Numbered from the whole stretch's first letter, positions 11,932 to 27,030 are shown. The stretch: DNA of 63,640 bases, filler included, from Folioceros fuciformis (GCA_049999805.1; 4 parts of 4 records of this genome joined end to end with filler, not necessarily neighbours in it), one strand, 5' to 3'. Made by a program: numbers and translations. The notes: generated by a model from the letters alone, not told the origin.

Positions 11932-14900
11932 TCATTTTTCTAGGGATCCATTCACCATGTGGACTCCACATATTCCCCTTTTCATTTGTTGGCGTCCCCG
12001 CCAACTTACCAATAGTATTTCTTCACATGCCAATATTTCTACCCTAGTTGGCAAGTTAGGCCCATTGAGGTACTGGGGTTGGATGGATCCATTCCTATAA
12101 ACCTCCAGCACCCTATAAGGCCCCATCCACCTAAGATACAGCTTTCCTGGAAAATGCATGTACCTATTGTTGTATAACAAAGCCAAATCTCCATGAACAA
12201 CATGTTCATGTTTAGACAACTTTTGGTTATGCCATTTCTTCCTCTTCTCTTGGACATCAAGAAAAATAGCTAGGGCCCGTTCCGTGTTCTCATCATGTTG
12301 TACAAAACTTGGTAGCCTCTCCAGTTGACTTTCCTCCACTGGCAACCGGTTGCCCTCTTGCATTCTCAAGGTAGGTATCTCAAATTCAATTTTCATGACA
12401 GGTGAGTGACCATAGGTGAGATAATAAGGGGTTTGTTGGGTGGTGACCTTCTCCGCAATCCTATACGCCCATAGTACTGAATGAAGCTTCCTATCCTAGT
12501 CATGAGCATAAGTAACGGTTAGCTTGCTAAGAATCCTACATAACAACCCATTAGCCTTCTCTGTGAACCCATTGGCCTTGGGATTGTAGGGAGTGGTCTT
12601 CCTATGGCTGATATTGAAGTATTTATTCATGTGCTTGACCACCTCATTGATGAAGTGGGTGCCCCTGTCACTGACCAGCTCCAACAGGCATCCATACCTT
12701 GTGATGATCTACTCAAACAAAAATCTGGCCACCACATTTGCTATGCCTACGGGCAAAGCTTGAGCCTCCACCATGCGAGTGCAATAGTCTGTTGTCACCA
12801 AGATGTGTTGGTTCTGCCTCCCCTTGGTCTTTGGCTGAATTGGCCCCACGAAATCAATTCCCCACTTCTCAAATGGTGCCAATGCTAGGATGGGAACAAG
12901 TGGCCATTGTGTTGTCCTGGTAGGCTTCCCCACCCTTTGGCACGCATCACATCTCTTGATGAACTTCCTAGCATCAGCATCCATTATTGGCCACAAATAC
13001 CTTGCTGCAAGGATTTTTTTGCAGGTCACATGGGCTGCATAATGCTCTTCAACTTCTCCTTCATTTGAGGAGCTGATAACATGCTCCACCTGGTCATGCT
13101 TGACCCACAAACGTCCACTCTATTAACCCCTATGCGATACAACTTGCCCTTGTACTTAACCACCAGCCTAGTGAAATAGAGGAACAGCCGTTGCTGCTAT
13201 CGCAAGAGATCAGCTGGAAACTCCCCCGTGCCCAAGAAATCAGCTACCTCTTGGTAGAACGGCTTACGGAACCCCCTTCTCCCCTTCTCATTCGGCGTTG
13301 CGCCTCCATCTCCTAGTAGCTTAGCATTTGGCTTGGCCCTTTCTTTCCTAGCCAGCTTCGCTGAGAATGCCTCATCTGGGAAGTCATCTTCCTGGTCCCG
13401 ATCCACACTCTCAGTCTTCAGCCTTGATAGGAAATCAGCATTCAAATGCTTGCGCCCTTCTCTTGTTTCCACGGTGAATGTGGATTCTTGTAGATGCGAA
13501 ATCCAGCGGGCTATACATCCCAATAGATTTGCCTTGTTGACAAGATGCTTAAGAGCAAAGTGGTCAACATGGAAGAGGAACTCATATGAGAGGAGATAAT
13601 GACGAAACTTACGACATGAGTAAACCATGATTGTGATGTACTTGCGCTCAACCTCCGTGAGTTGGCATCCAGCATAGTAGATTGGGTAGTCTCTCCTCTT
13701 CTCCTCCCGTTGGCTTAGGATTGTCCCAAAAGAAAATGCAGACACATCCACGTACACATGAAATTTCTTGTCCCAATCTGGCCCCTTGAGAGTTGGTGTT
13801 GTCACAAGGGTGGTCCTCAAGTCCTGAAACATAGCCTCCCTTTCCACCGTCCACTCCCAAGGTTGCTCCTTCCTCAATAGGCCAGTTAAAGGGGCAGCCC
13901 ATCTAGCAGAGTTGGGAACAAAATAGCGGCAATAACCCACCATACCAAGGAAGCCACACAACTCCTTGAGAGTGGTTGGAGCCCTCAAGGCAGCAATCAC
14001 CTTCACCTTATCCGAATCAACCTCAATGGCCCGTGCTGAAACTCTATGGCCTAGCAAGATCCCTCTAGCCATACCAAAATAGCTCTTCTTTGGATGCAAA
14101 CAAATTTGAGCCTCATGACACCTAGCCAAGCATAGCCTTAGGTGCTCCACGTGTTGCTCCATTGTCCCAAATTTGCAGAAGTCATCTATGAACACCTCCA
14201 GGAACCTGTGGAGGAAATCCTTGAAGATATTGTGCATGCTGCACATGAAGGAACCTGGTGCTCATGTCAGCCCAAATGCACTCCTCTTGTAGGCGTATGT
14301 CCCCCAATCCATTGTGAAGGCTATCAACGGCCAGTCGCTCTCCCTTAAGTGAAGCTGGTTGTAACCGGAGTAGCCATCCAAGAAAGAATGCATCATTCGA
14401 CTAGCTAACAAATCCAAAATTTTGTTAATGAATGGCAAAGGGAAGTGGTCCTTCTTGGTAGCCTTGTTTAGCCTCCTCCAATCTTGGCACACTCGAATCT
14501 TATCGGGTTATTTCTTAGATACCACAACAATTGGGGCCACCCACTCCGTGTTCACAACGGGGAAGATGATATTTACCTTCAAGTACAACTCCAGCTGCTC
14601 CTTTACCTTCATGGAGTACTTTGGATTCAGCTTGTACTATGGAATTCGAATAGGGACAGCTCCTGGCTCCAAGTCAATCTTGTGCTCCCCCCACTTCTTA
14701 GGAATTCCCTTCATGTTCGTCACCTCAAAGGCAAACACATCAATGAACTCAGCAAGGAGTTGCTTCATGCCTTCCTCCAACGTGGCATCCAGTCGTTGTG
14801 CAAACTTCAGCACCTTGCCGAGTAGCACCTCTACATCCTTGATCTCATTCGCTTGCACCCACTCATGTTCCACCGGTGCTGAATACTCCAAATCCCTCTT

Positions 14901-17900
14901 CCAGCTCCGAGGGTCTTCCCCCCTCATTCCCCATTCTCTGAATAGGTCCTCAAAGGTGAACCTAGTGACCTCCGGATCATGACAACCAGAACCATCAGTC
15001 CTCAAGTCACGACCCTCTTCAACCAACTACCCTTCCTTCACACTCCCCTCAACACATGGCACCCCCACCTTTGTTTCCCCCTTAGCAACCCCAACAGCTT
15101 GTCTAACAACCTCGATTGCTCCTTCTGCCACCCCAATGGTGCAAACCACGGTGAGCCCAAAACATTCCACCTGGTTGAGAGAATACGGAATGTCCCTCTA
15201 GTAGTTCCCCTCCTCCTCTGATCATGATATGTGTGCAAAGGGGAACTGGTCCTCCTCTTCCCTCTCCTCCAAGTCATATGTGTCCTTCGCAAATGTGAAC
15301 CCCTCCGTCTCCATGGGTGTCTCACCAGAATAAGTATCTTGGTGTGAACCTCCAAAGTTTGGGGTAGTGGTTTGTTTTGGTTGAAAAAGGGTTAATAGTG
15401 GTATGGTATGGTTTGGTTTTCTTTTTCTACCTATTTTCCCTAATTTTCCTTTATTTTCTGGTCATTTTTCCTATTTTTTCTTGTGCTAATTAGGTTAATA
15501 GACCAGTAAATAGTTGGTTTGGTTATTAGAGTGGGTATAGGTTTGGTCCCAGACCTGGGAAGGTTTAGGTCTGGTACCAAACCATAGGGTCGGGAAAGGT
15601 TGAGTCTAGGTCTGGTGATGAGTTTAATATTAATTAAAGATATATAACATTAAATGGTTAAATAATAATGGAATAATATAAATAATAAAATAATAAGAGG
15701 AACCTAGGAACGGGAATATGTGGGGTATGGTATGTCAGAGTCTAACGTCAGGCTGGCTNNNNNNNNNNNNNNNNNNNNNNNNNNNNNNNNNNNNNNNNNN
15801 NNNNNNNNNNNNNNNNNNNNNNNNNNNNNNNNNNNNNNNNNNNNNNNNNNNNNNNNNNNNNNNNNNNNNNNNNNNNNNNNNNNNNNNNNNNNNNNNNNNN
15901 NNNNNNNNNNNNNNNNNNNNNNNNNNNNNNNNNNNNNNNNNNNNNNNNNNNNNNNNNNNNNNNNNNNNNNNNNNNNNNNNNNNNNNNNNNNNNNNNNNNN
16001 NNNNNNNNNNNNNNNNNNNNNNNNNNNNNNNNNNNNNNNNNNNNNNNNNNNNNNNNNNNNNNNNNNNNNNNNNNNNNNNNNNNNNNNNNNNNNNNNNNNN
16101 NNNNNNNNNNNNNNNNNNNNNNNNNNNNNNNNNNNNNNNNNNNNNNNNNNNNNNNNNNGTATTTCTTTTCTTTTTATTTTCCTAATTTCCTCTTTTCTAT
16201 TTTCACCCCTATTTTTTGGATTTAATTCCAGAAATTCCAATTCAACTCTATTTCACCTGCTTTCTTCTCCTCCTAGTTCGGGGCCTATTCTAGCACCCTA
16301 GGGTCAGTCTTCCATGGCCGAAGAACCATTTTGGCTGGAAGCTGATTCCGCTGGATAAGCTACCATTTTCAGGCCAGGTTCCTGCTGCTGATCCCATTGC
16401 TTCTTACCTCCTCTCTATCTTTCCCACTACTCATACTCCTCCCCTAGAGGCTGGATCAGCCACCAAGGGTGAATAGTTGCAGGGGAAGACATTAGTGGGC
16501 GGCCATCCAGCAAGGAAGAGGCGACGTCCGTAGATCTTTGAAGATCAGACATCCTCTGAAGTCTCAGGATAGTCTAAGAGGTGGTAGATCCTTGTGGTGG
16601 TAGGGCCAGCTCATTGGTGGCAGGATGTGCTAGAAGTCTAAATAAGTCGCTGGTGACAGTCGGCTAGGCTAGCGGTCCTATTAAAATAATATTTGTCAAG
16701 TTAAAGAGAGGTGAAGCCAGAGAGAGAGAGGCTCCTATAAGATCAGGTAAGCCTATAGGAGGAGGTAGTCATTTACTTTGGGAGTCAGTCTGTCACTTCG
16801 TGAGCTCTTGGAGGTACTCTCTTCATGAGCTCTTGTGGTCTATCCCTGCTTGGTTTAGGACCTGCAGTGTGTTGCCGGCTGTGCAACGTCTGGTAGGATC
16901 GCAAGCCGCGTGTTGCCGGTTGTACAGTGTCTAGTAGGATCACAAGGTGTAATGACCAGGGTGAAGGGGCTTGCCCCTAGCTCTTGATTGTAAAGGATGT
17001 GTCTTTATCTCGACCTGTCCACTCTTGTTCCCTGTTTTGACAAGTGTTGTAGGCCGGCCATGTTTCATGGCATCTGGTAAGGTTGTGGGGAGGAGATATT
17101 CGAGAGGGGAGTGCGTTCCCTTCTTTCTTTTCTTTGGGGTTAGTCTAGTGACTCTTGCCGGGTAGGAGGAGTCAATAGGGAAGTGTAGAAGGTAGTGGTG
17201 TCGTTGTTAGTTGCTGGTGCTAGTGCTGGAGCGAAAGAGTGAGTGAAGTGAGTGAGGGAAGTCACAGATTTGAGAGGTTAGGGTCGTTGTAGTGACTGGA
17301 GTGAGTTTGTGGGCACCAAGAGAGGTGCAGCTGACCGCTGGATAGTGAGGCCTGTCCTACGCCTGATTGGAGTTGGAGGGGAGCCCTTGAATCCATCATC
17401 AAGTCGATTGAGTCCGACCCTCCTTCCACAGCAGCAAGGAACCCCTTCGCTCCTTCGTGGGAACGGAACCCAATGTCTCAACGACAGTGGGATAAGTGTG
17501 GCCACTAAAGGTGGACCCGTCGGCAATTAGCGCCCGGGGTTTTGCCTCCACACTTGGCTCCAACTCAAGCAAATCTAGCCCTCCTTTGTCTTGGGGTCCC
17601 ATTTTGGTGGCTTGAAGGCCACCTCCTTCCTCCCCCATCACAACTTGCACCTTGAACCATACAACTAGGTCCTACCAAGCAAGATATCATACCCCGGTGC
17701 CTTGGGCTGAATAACCACATAAGGTGTCTAGGAGGTAGGGGATGGTCCCTATGATTGTGGTCACTCCTGTTAGGTCCCCTATGAGTTGTATCTTAGACAT
17801 GTCAGCCAGCCTCAACACCTTGGTTGTATGTTCTATCTCCAACCCAAGCTTCCTAACTGTGTCTTCTGTCATGATGTTCACGCTTGAGTTAGTGTCCAGG

Positions 17901-18535
17901 GGAACCCTCTTGATCACACAACCAGCAATCTCTTCCTGCAACTCAGTTGGCCCTTGATCTACCATGGACACCATGCTAACCACAGGAGCCAACTTCCTTT
18001 GCCCTGACTTAGGAAGCCGCTTCTTCTTCTTGGGTTGAGCTTCTTGCAAGGCCTTCTGAAGTTGCTGCCTATACTTGGGGTTGTCCTTCAAGAGTTGGCC
18101 AAATGTGATGGCAAATTGTTGATCCATGATGGACTTAGCCAGGTTGAATGGCACTCCATTTGTCCCCTCCTTCTTCTGAGCAACCTTGGTTGTGGATCTA
18201 TCTGCCTCAGTTGCCCCCTTAGGTGGTCCGGTTGCAGTCACGGGCCCTGCCACCTCAGTTGCCCTAGCCAACTCTTCATGGATCATGTCCATGACCTCCC
18301 CACGTACATCTGGTGGAAACTCCTGGTTCCCCTCCTTCCTATCCTTTGCTAGAGCTACTTCCCCTCCACTCCTTGGTGTTTCCCTCTTGGAGGTCCTCCT
18401 TCCACAACCCCCGTTCTCATGGCTTGACCATTCCAAGTTTGAAGTGCTTCCCTCTTCCTCCTCCAATCCTGCAATGGATTCAGCTCCCTTCCTCCTTTTC
18501 TTGGCACTCCGTTGCTTTCCTCTCCTCCTTCCACT
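11932..18535 (-). mobile_element. Degenerate Ty3/Gypsy (non-chromovirus-like) gag-pol, interrupted by a solo LTR
   Basis: Protease-like VPLDTNSSVNIM (17687-18565), RT DWRRLNKATKKDHFPLPFI/LDGYSGYNQ/VFIDDF, RNase H FHVYVDVS, integrase WGIDFVGP/SDRGTHF/RWMGPY. Confidence 0.92.
15343..17552 (+). mobile_element. Solo LTR (~2.2 kb including a gap) with 5-bp TSD CTTGG
   Basis: Starts TGTGAACC at 15343 and ends CCTCCACA at 17552. CTTGG lies at 15338-15342 and 17553-17557. It splits the Gypsy polyprotein. Confidence 0.85.
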
Positions 18536-18552
18536 TGTTAAGAATAAATAAC

Positions 18553-18675
18553 TGTGAACCTCCAAAGTTTGGGGTAGTGGGTTGTTTTGGTTGAAAAAGG
18601 GTTAATAGTGGTATGGTTTGGTTTCCTTTTTCTACTTATTTTCCCTAATTTTCCTTGATTTTCCCTAATTTTCTC
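18553..18675 (+). mobile_element. Truncated copy of the same LTR end
   Basis: TGTGAACCTCCAAAGTTTGGGGTAGTGG...GGTTGAAAAAGGGTTAATAGTGG, as at 15343. Confidence 0.85.
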
Positions 18676-18699
18676 CAGTCTCCCCTCTTCTTATCAAAC

Positions 18700-21600
18700 C
18701 TTTATCTCTAGGCAGAATGCTACTCTTCAGTCATCCTATTTGGCTGTAGCAGCTGGTAATCCCTCCACCATTAGCTTTGATGATGTGATGGGCACTCTCC
18801 TACAAGAGGAGTAGAGCTGTCACGAGTCTGGGCAGAATTTTAAAATCAGAGGCAAAAAGGTGTTAGTTGCAGTCAAAGGCAAGACATTTGGGAAAGGAAA
18901 GGAAAAATGGAAGAAGCAATATAGCTTCCCTTTGCCTTCCACCCCTATACCCAAATGCCAAGGGATATGCAATTGGTGTCTAATTCCTGGACACTAGGAG
19001 AGAGAATGCTGCAAGAAAAAGGCTAGTGAGCCTGGTAAGGAACCAAAGTTTGAAGTCCATTATGCAACCAAGGACATGAAGACAATGGTGAAAACCTCAG
19101 CTTCAGCTCTTACAGTGTGTCTAACTGACTCTGGAGAGCCTTCTGCTCAATGGTTTGTCGACTCTAGCACTAGCACACATATCTGCAACAATTTAGAATT
19201 GTTCACCTCATTCAGGAGTCAACTGACTCCACAATCAATTTATGTGGGAGATTCCAGAACGGTAGCAGTCAAAGGTGAGGGTAGAGTGACAATACCTCTT
19301 CCTAGTGGTGCAACTCTGCAGTTAGAAAATGTGCTATTTGTACCCTCCATGACTAAGAACTTGATATCTGTTCATGCTATCACCTGTAGTCAGTCATATG
19401 GCTTTTGATTTGAAGCCAACAACTGCTACATCTACAGTCTAAAGGATACCATTATTGTTTTAGCCAAAGCTATAGTCACTGGAGATCTGTATCAGTTGAT
19501 TACCTCTAATGGTGAAATAAGTCAAACTTTCTTAGTTACCTTCAAGTCTCAGGCCAGCTTATGGCAGGCTAAGCTTAATCATGTAAATAAGGCCAAGCTA
19601 GATTTGATGTCAACTTCAAACTGCTATAGGGAAAAGCTTCCCTCATGCTTCAAGCCCCTGCCTGTATGTGGTGCTTGTGTCTTGTCCAAACAGAGGGAGT
19701 TACCCTTCAGGAATAAGCAGGTATTCAGGGCTACAGAAGTGTTAGGCCTAATACATGCCGATGTAGCTGGAAAAATACAAGTGAAGTCACTTGGTGGGGC
19801 AGAGTATTACCTCACACTTACTGATGATTATTCACGATATACTTGGACTTATCCTTTGAAATACAAGAGTGATGCCTTTGACCATATTGAGTCATGGATT
19901 CAAATGGTTCAGCGACAAACTGACAGCCTTGTTAAGTGTTTTCAAATAGATAATGGAGGCAAGATTGTCGGGTGTAGTTATGATGCACTATTCGAAAAGA
20001 GTGGCATCATCCAACAGCTTTGAGTACCCTATACACATCAACAAAATGGTGTGGCAAAGAGGAAAAACTAGACCTTGATGAGCATGACTCGTAGTATGCT
20101 ATCTTGGGCAGCTTTACCAAAGAGTTATTGGGCAGAGGCAATTACCACAGCAACATACATCCTTAATAGGCTGTTAACTTCTGGCCTTCGGGATAAGACT
20201 CCATTTGAAGCATTTTGGGGCAGGAAGTCTAGCCTATTACATCTTCATGTCTTTGGTTCCTATGACTTCGTCTACATACCTGCTGAAAAAAGGAAGAAGT
20301 TGGATGATAGGTCAGCCTTTTTTTTACTTCCTTGGCTATTCTGAGGAATCAAAGGCATACAAATTGTTTAATCCCAAATCTCACAAGGTGGTGCTTGCTC
20401 GAAGTGTTACCTTTATAGAGCTGTTTAAACCTAGGACTAGGCCCATGTTTGGGCCAGACATAAGTCCCCTACAAGATCTCCTTGAGATTCAATATGGCGG
20501 TGATACCTAAGCGTCTCCTTTACATGCACATGTCTCTTTCCCAGACTTAGAGGATGGATGTACGGATGAGCATGTGCTACTCTATACTGATATTGATGAT
20601 GTCCCACATGTTGATAACGGATTACCTCAGTTGGCTGAGGATGATGCACTCAGTCTTCATGACTCTGATCATTCCTCACAGCTAGGTGAAGGGACTGGTG
20701 ATGTGGAAGAACCTCCAGAACCTCAACTTAAGGCAGAGGCTCCTACATAGTCTGTGCAATCATGATACCCTGCAAGGGAATGAAGAACACGAGAAAGTTG
20801 GTCAAAATTCCCTTATCAATCTATAGACTTTCGGACCTTAGCTCATTTAGTAGACTTTACTGTACCTGAAGTTCGACCACACCCTCTGACTTATCAAGAG
20901 GCCCTGAATGGGCCTGACGATGCTCATTGACAATTGAGCATCAATGATGAGTACAATAGCCTCATTATGAACAAGACATGGGAGTTGGCAGACTTACCTC
21001 CTGGTCCTAAACCAATTACCTATAAGTGGCTGTTTGAAACAAAACTCAAGTTAGATGGCACAGTAGCCCGATATAAATCTCATCTTGTTGCTCGAGGTTT
21101 TAGTCAAGTCCCTGGGTTAGACTACAATGAGACATTCTCACCAGTTGTTAAACCACCCTCCATTAGAATTCTGCTGGCGATAGCTGCCGAGTTTGACTTG
21201 GAAGTTCACCAGATGGATGTGTGCACTGTGTGTCACGGTGAGCTTGAAGAGGAAATCTACATGCAACAACCAGAAGGCTTTGTTAGTAGAGAGTTCCCTG
21301 CAAAGGTCTGTAAATTCCTTAAGACCATTTACAGCCTCAAGCAAAGCCCTCGAGCATGGTATGAATGGATTGCAAATTACCTCCATACAGTTGGCTTTGT
21401 CTAGTCCCCAGCAGACACCAATGTTTGGTATTTTCCAGAAGGGGTCTACTTTGTGATCCTAGCCCTGTATGTTAATGATGTTATCCTCCTCATCAACAGC
21501 CCTAGTATGTTAGAGAAAGCAAAACAGATGCTAAGAGTAGAGTTTGAGATAGCAGATCAAGGAGACTTACAGTTCTGCTTGGGTATCCAAATCTTGCAAG

Positions 21601-21730
21601 ACCGCACCCACAAAACAGTGGTTGTCCATCAGACTAAATACCTGAAGGAGATTCTTAAGCGCTTTGGTCTTGACTCTGCCCGTCTTGTTGCCTCCCCTTT
21701 TGCTATGAAAGAAAAGCTTATAGGTGCTAT
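18700..21730 (+). mobile_element. Degenerate Copia gag-pol (5'- and 3'-truncated)
   Basis: Zinc knuckle CNWC..GH..REC, protease WFVDSSTSTHIC, integrase IHADVAG/TDDYSRYTW, RT NKTWELADLP/LKQSPRAW/LALYVND. Confidence 0.92.
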
Positions 21731-24700
21731 GTACCTGAAACAATACATACATATATTGTATAGTTAAGGTCCAATCATTAGGTTAAGTAGGTTTTAATGG
21801 ACATGACCTAATACGGCTGGTATTATGGCTGTAACCGTTCACGATGCGGTGACACATAAGATGCATTGCCGCCTAATAGAACACAATCTTACAATCCAAA
21901 ACTTTCCATGGTATCAGAGCAATGGATACCTTGACCTGCTCGTTTTACAAGCGCGCTGAATACAAGAACCCAATCTCTATTTCTGAGTTTGGCATATTCT
22001 TGCACTTGATCCAAGTTTGTTGGCCAAGTGGCGTGCCTGCAGAGGTTTGGGAGATGGTACTCGCGTGCTATTTCCTCAAGCCGCAGGTATGAGTGCAGCA
22101 CAGCTGCAGGCGTTCTTGTCTCAGCATGCTAAGCTCAAGGAGAAGGGAGCGCCCGAATAGACGTGCTAAGAGGCTGTCTAACCTGGCAGACTATCTTGCT
22201 CGATCTGAGAGAGAATATCAAGAAAAGTTAGCACTTGGAAATAGGTGGCATCAAGTTTGGATTAGATGGATATAATTGGAGCCATGTAGATATCTCAAAT
22301 GTCTTCCAATAGCTGAAAAACATGTCTTCCCCCTCTAAGTCCACAATCATTTTTGTTTCACCTAAAACACCTGATGATGTCCACACATCAATGTTTAGTA
22401 AAATATAGGATCTGTTTAAACAGCAACCAATTAGTCCATGCATTCATTACCTCAATGAGTACGCTCTCAGCGTTGTCCACAAGCTTCACACAGAGTACTG
22501 TTTCTCAGATTAAGTAAGCATCCAAATGTCACTAGAGGTAGAAATTCAGTCTCACCTGCCTCACTATTGCAAGGCACACTTTCACCCTATTTCTTGAGTC
22601 TTCCCTTTAGGCCATAAAAATGTCACGGCAACAACCACCAACGCCGATTGCCTTGGCAAAGGAGGATAAATTTGATGGAGAAAACTTCAATCTCTAGAAG
22701 TTTCGCATGGAGGAGCTACTCAAATCCCGGAACCTGTGGGAGTATGTTGGAGCAACCGTGATAAGGCCTCAACCACCAGCCACAGCACCAGCATATGAGA
22801 TAGCAGCCTGAAAGGCCGCAAATCAGCAGGCAAGAAGCACATTAACAATGAGTGTAAAGAGCTCTCACATAGCCACCTTCATGGTCTCCATCACGTCAGC
22901 TGCAGAATTATTGCAGCAATTACTTGAGGTTTATGTTGCCTTTGACCTGATGTTGAAGACCCATTCATTGAAGTCGTTTGTTGAACTTCGAATGTTCGAA
23001 AGGGACATAGTGGCTGAGTTTATGCTCAAGTGGAGGAGCTGGCAAACCAAGTTTCTCTCTCTTGGCTTTCAAATCAAGGAGGAAGTCATGGCAGTAATTC
23101 TACTTTCACAGCTGCCGGAAAGTTGGACTACTATTGTCCAGACCCTGCAAAATGTGGCAGCTATCACTGTTAATCGAGTGATTTCAACAATGCTCACAGA
23201 AGAAAATTGCAGGAAAATGGCTTCATCATATGGAGCTGAAGGTGACAAGGCTCTTTTCGTTAACAAACTTGGAAGAGGGCGTAGTAGAGGCAGACCGTTC
23301 AACAGAGGACGAGGTCGTGGTCGAGGCACATTCTTTCGACCACAGCCATTTACTGGAAGTAAACCAAAGCCACCTTGTGGCTACTGTGGAATTCCTAATC
23401 ATACATGGAAAGTCTACAGGAAAAGACTCGCAAATGAGTCATGTGGCAGTCATTCAGGTGGTAACCTAGCTGTCACAATGAAGAAATATTCCAAAGCTTT
23501 CACAGCCTCTGTACAAGATGAAGTGAGAGCAGACTCTCATGAAGGTCCTACCTCTGCCCTAGTAGTGACCTGCTATGCATCCAAGTCCGAGCATGCTTGG
23601 TATATAGACTCTGGAGCCTCACAGCACATGACTCCGCATCATTCCTCCTTCACAAACTTGCAGCCAACATAAGGAGAGCGGTTTGTATGCTTGGGTGACA
23701 ACTCCACACACAAAATTGAAGGCCAAGGGATTATATAGCTTAACCTTCAACCTGACCAGCACCTGACAATACCAGATGTGATTTGCGTACCAAGTCTCGC
23801 AAAGAACTTGGTATCAGTACGGAAAATTGATGAGTTAGGATGCTACATATGCTTTGGCGCCTACAAGTGTGTGGTAGAAACACCTGAAGGCAAGCTCATG
23901 GCCACATGAGGACTTCGATCTAATGACTTGTATCATCTGGATGTCAAGCATGACCATGCCTATGCAGGTAATCACTCTGCCCATATGGCAAAACCTTCTC
24001 TCACATACCTGTGGCACCTGAGACTTGGACACTTGAATTTCCAAAAGTTAGTAAGAATGCATCAAAAGAAGCTGGTCAATGGACTGAAGTTAGATACCCT
24101 GATTGACTTTGGAGTGTGCAAAGCATGTGTGCTAGGCAAGCACCATAAGACACCATTCCCCATTGAACTTGCCGAAAGAGCAACCAGAGTGCTTGGGTTA
24201 GTAGATAGTGACATATGCGGACCTCTACCTACATCTATTGGAGGCAAGCTATATTTTATTAGCTTTATTGATGACTACTCTAGATTTACCGTAGTTTATT
24301 GCATGAGACAAAAGTCATCTACTCTTACCTGCTTCAAGGAGTACAAGGCATGGGTTGAGACCCAAATCGAGGAGAAATTGAAAGCACTTTGTTCAGACAA
24401 CGGTGGTGAGTATGTCTCAGGAGAGTTTTAGGCCTTTTGTGGTGAACATGGCATTGTGAGGCAATTGACCAATGCTCGCACACCTCAGTAGAATGGAGTA
24501 GCTGAAAGGAAAAACAAGGCACTTGAAACATCAGCATCTAGTATGTTAAGCTATGCAAAGCTTGCAAAATGCTACTGGGTAGAGGCAGTGGCGTATGCTA
24601 CCTTCATACAAAACCAAATTGAACATGCTTCTGTCCAGGACAAGACAACTTTTGAGTACTGGGCTGGATCAAAGCCCAACATATCACACATGCGGGTCTT

Positions 24701-27030
24701 TGGATCACCAATGTACGTACATGTACACAAGGACTTACGAAAGAAGTTTGAGCCAACATCTACTTCCTGCATATTTATAGGCTTCACTGAAGGTATCAAA
24801 GGATACAAGGTTATTGATAGGTAGTAACGCAGGGTGACACATTCTAGAGATGATATTTTTGTTGAAGGTGTAGAGTCTCATGACTCAGTGGGAGCATACG
24901 ATCTGGACTCACCAGCTAAGTCAGAAGATAAACAAGAAACGACGTTCACCAAGCCTGCAACACCTGTAGCTGTAGCACAACCACCACAAGTCACTCCGAC
25001 TGTGGTTGGACAAGGACCACAAGCTCCAGCAAACACTCAATTTCCAATCACACCTGTACCTCAACCTCCTGTCAAACCTGAAGACAGTGTTGATTCAGAA
25101 CCCGTAGTGTTCTGAAACTTTGACATGGAGGGAGTTGTCTCACTTGGAGACATGTTTGCTACACCTTCCACTTATCAACATGTGTCAACACCTGGTGTAG
25201 TGTAGCGAAAGAAGCTGAAAGTCTTATCAGTTCCTGTACCACCACGAGACAGACCAATCAAGTCTACTGCTGGGAAGATAGATCTGTACAAAGTACATGA
25301 CTGGCGGCATCTCAAAAAGCTTGCAAGTCACTCAAAGTCAAACTTGACTTACTGTCTTACAACTGGTACAGAATACTTTGAACCTCAAACATATAAAGAG
25401 GCCCTAGCTTGCCCTGACGTAGAACATTGGAAAGTAGCAATTGCATCCAAGCTTGGTTCCCTAAAGGAGAATGAAACATGGGAGCTGACTAAACTACCGC
25501 CTGGAAGGCAAGTTGTGGGTAGCAAATGGGTGTTCAAGGTTAAATTAAAGGCAGATGGTAGTATTGAAAGATATAAAGGCAGGGTTGTAGCAAAAGGCTA
25601 CTCATAAGTTGCTGGCATCAATTATACGAACATGTTTAGCCCTAAGTGAAGATGAGTACATTGAGACTTTTCTTGGCACTAGCAGCAGTCCACGACTATG
25701 AGCTTGAACAGCTGGACGTTACCATTGCAATTCTGTATGGACAGCTCAACAAGGAAATATATATGGAGCCTCCAGCTAGACTAGTAGCACATGGCAACCC
25801 ACATCAGTATGTGTGTAAGCTTAAGAAGACACTTTATGGGCTCAAACAGAGCCCTCGTGCATGGTTTTCACACATCCATAATTTCCTAGTCTCACATGGT
25901 TACACTCCACTACATACTGATAATAATGTGTATATCAAAAGAGGTAAGGGCAAGGAATTTTTGGCATTTGCCATATACGTAGATGACATCAATATCATGT
26001 CCAATAGTCTACGCATGATTGAAGAGTTAAAGGAAAAGCTGAGGTCATCATTCAAGATGATAGTTGCAGGAGCCTTAATTTTCTGTCTTGGAATGCAAAT
26101 AAATAGAGACAGGAAAAGGCAAAGAATCTTTATGCATCAAGGAAAATACATTAGGCAGATTTTGGCACGCTTCCAGATGATCAAATGTAAGCTAGTTTCT
26201 ACTCCTCTTGAGCAAAATGTCAAGTACAAAGCGCAAGTGAGAGAAACTGAACTTACGGAAGAAGAAGAACGACTGATGGAGGAATCCCCATATGCCTCTC
26301 TGTGGCAGTGTCATGTACCTCATGCTTGGAACTCAACCAGATCTTGCATTCTATGTAGGCATACTATCACAATTCTTGGCGAACCCTGCAATGGCACATT
26401 GGCATGCAATGCGGCGACTGTTTAGGTACATCAAGGCCACTGAGGACTGGGGTTCACTAAACAGAGGGGACGCACCAAGAGCTCTTACATTGATTGCCTT
26501 CAGCGATGCTGACTAGGCAAGTGATCACGATGGCAGGCGTAGCATCTCCAACTACGTATTCTTGCTGGCAGGGGCTGCAATTTCTTGGAGCAGCAAAAGA
26601 CAGTCAACCATGGCTCTCTCATCCACGGAGGCTGAATACAAGTCATTGACTGAAGCGTGCAAGGAGGCCATCTGGGTAGTGGGAGCTCTTACCGAGTTGG
26701 GAACACCACAGCAACTACCACTAAGCCTGATGTGTGATAACCAAAGAATCCAAGATTCCATGCGAGGACTAAGCACCTAGAAGTTCAACATCACTTTATC
26801 AGAGAGCAAGTGGCGAGCGGGTTGGTGCAGGTAATCTATTATCCTACCGACCTCATGACAACATATGTGTTGACGAAAGCCTTGAGCAAGGCCAAGCATC
26901 AGCAGCACGCACACAGCATGGGACTTTGGGCGGCATTCGACAAGCATATTTGGCAATCAAATCTAGCTGCAGCTAGCAGCAGCCGCCAGGTGCACTTCCA
27001 CAAACACAAAGACGAAGACAAAAAGTAACT
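21731..27030 (+). mobile_element. Near-complete degenerate Copia nested in the previous element
   Basis: ~175-bp LTR ending CA at 21908, PBS TGGTATCAGAGC at 21909, gag, WYIDSGASQHM, IDDYSRFT, IYVDD, SSTEAEY. The 3' LTR is absent. Confidence 0.92.
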
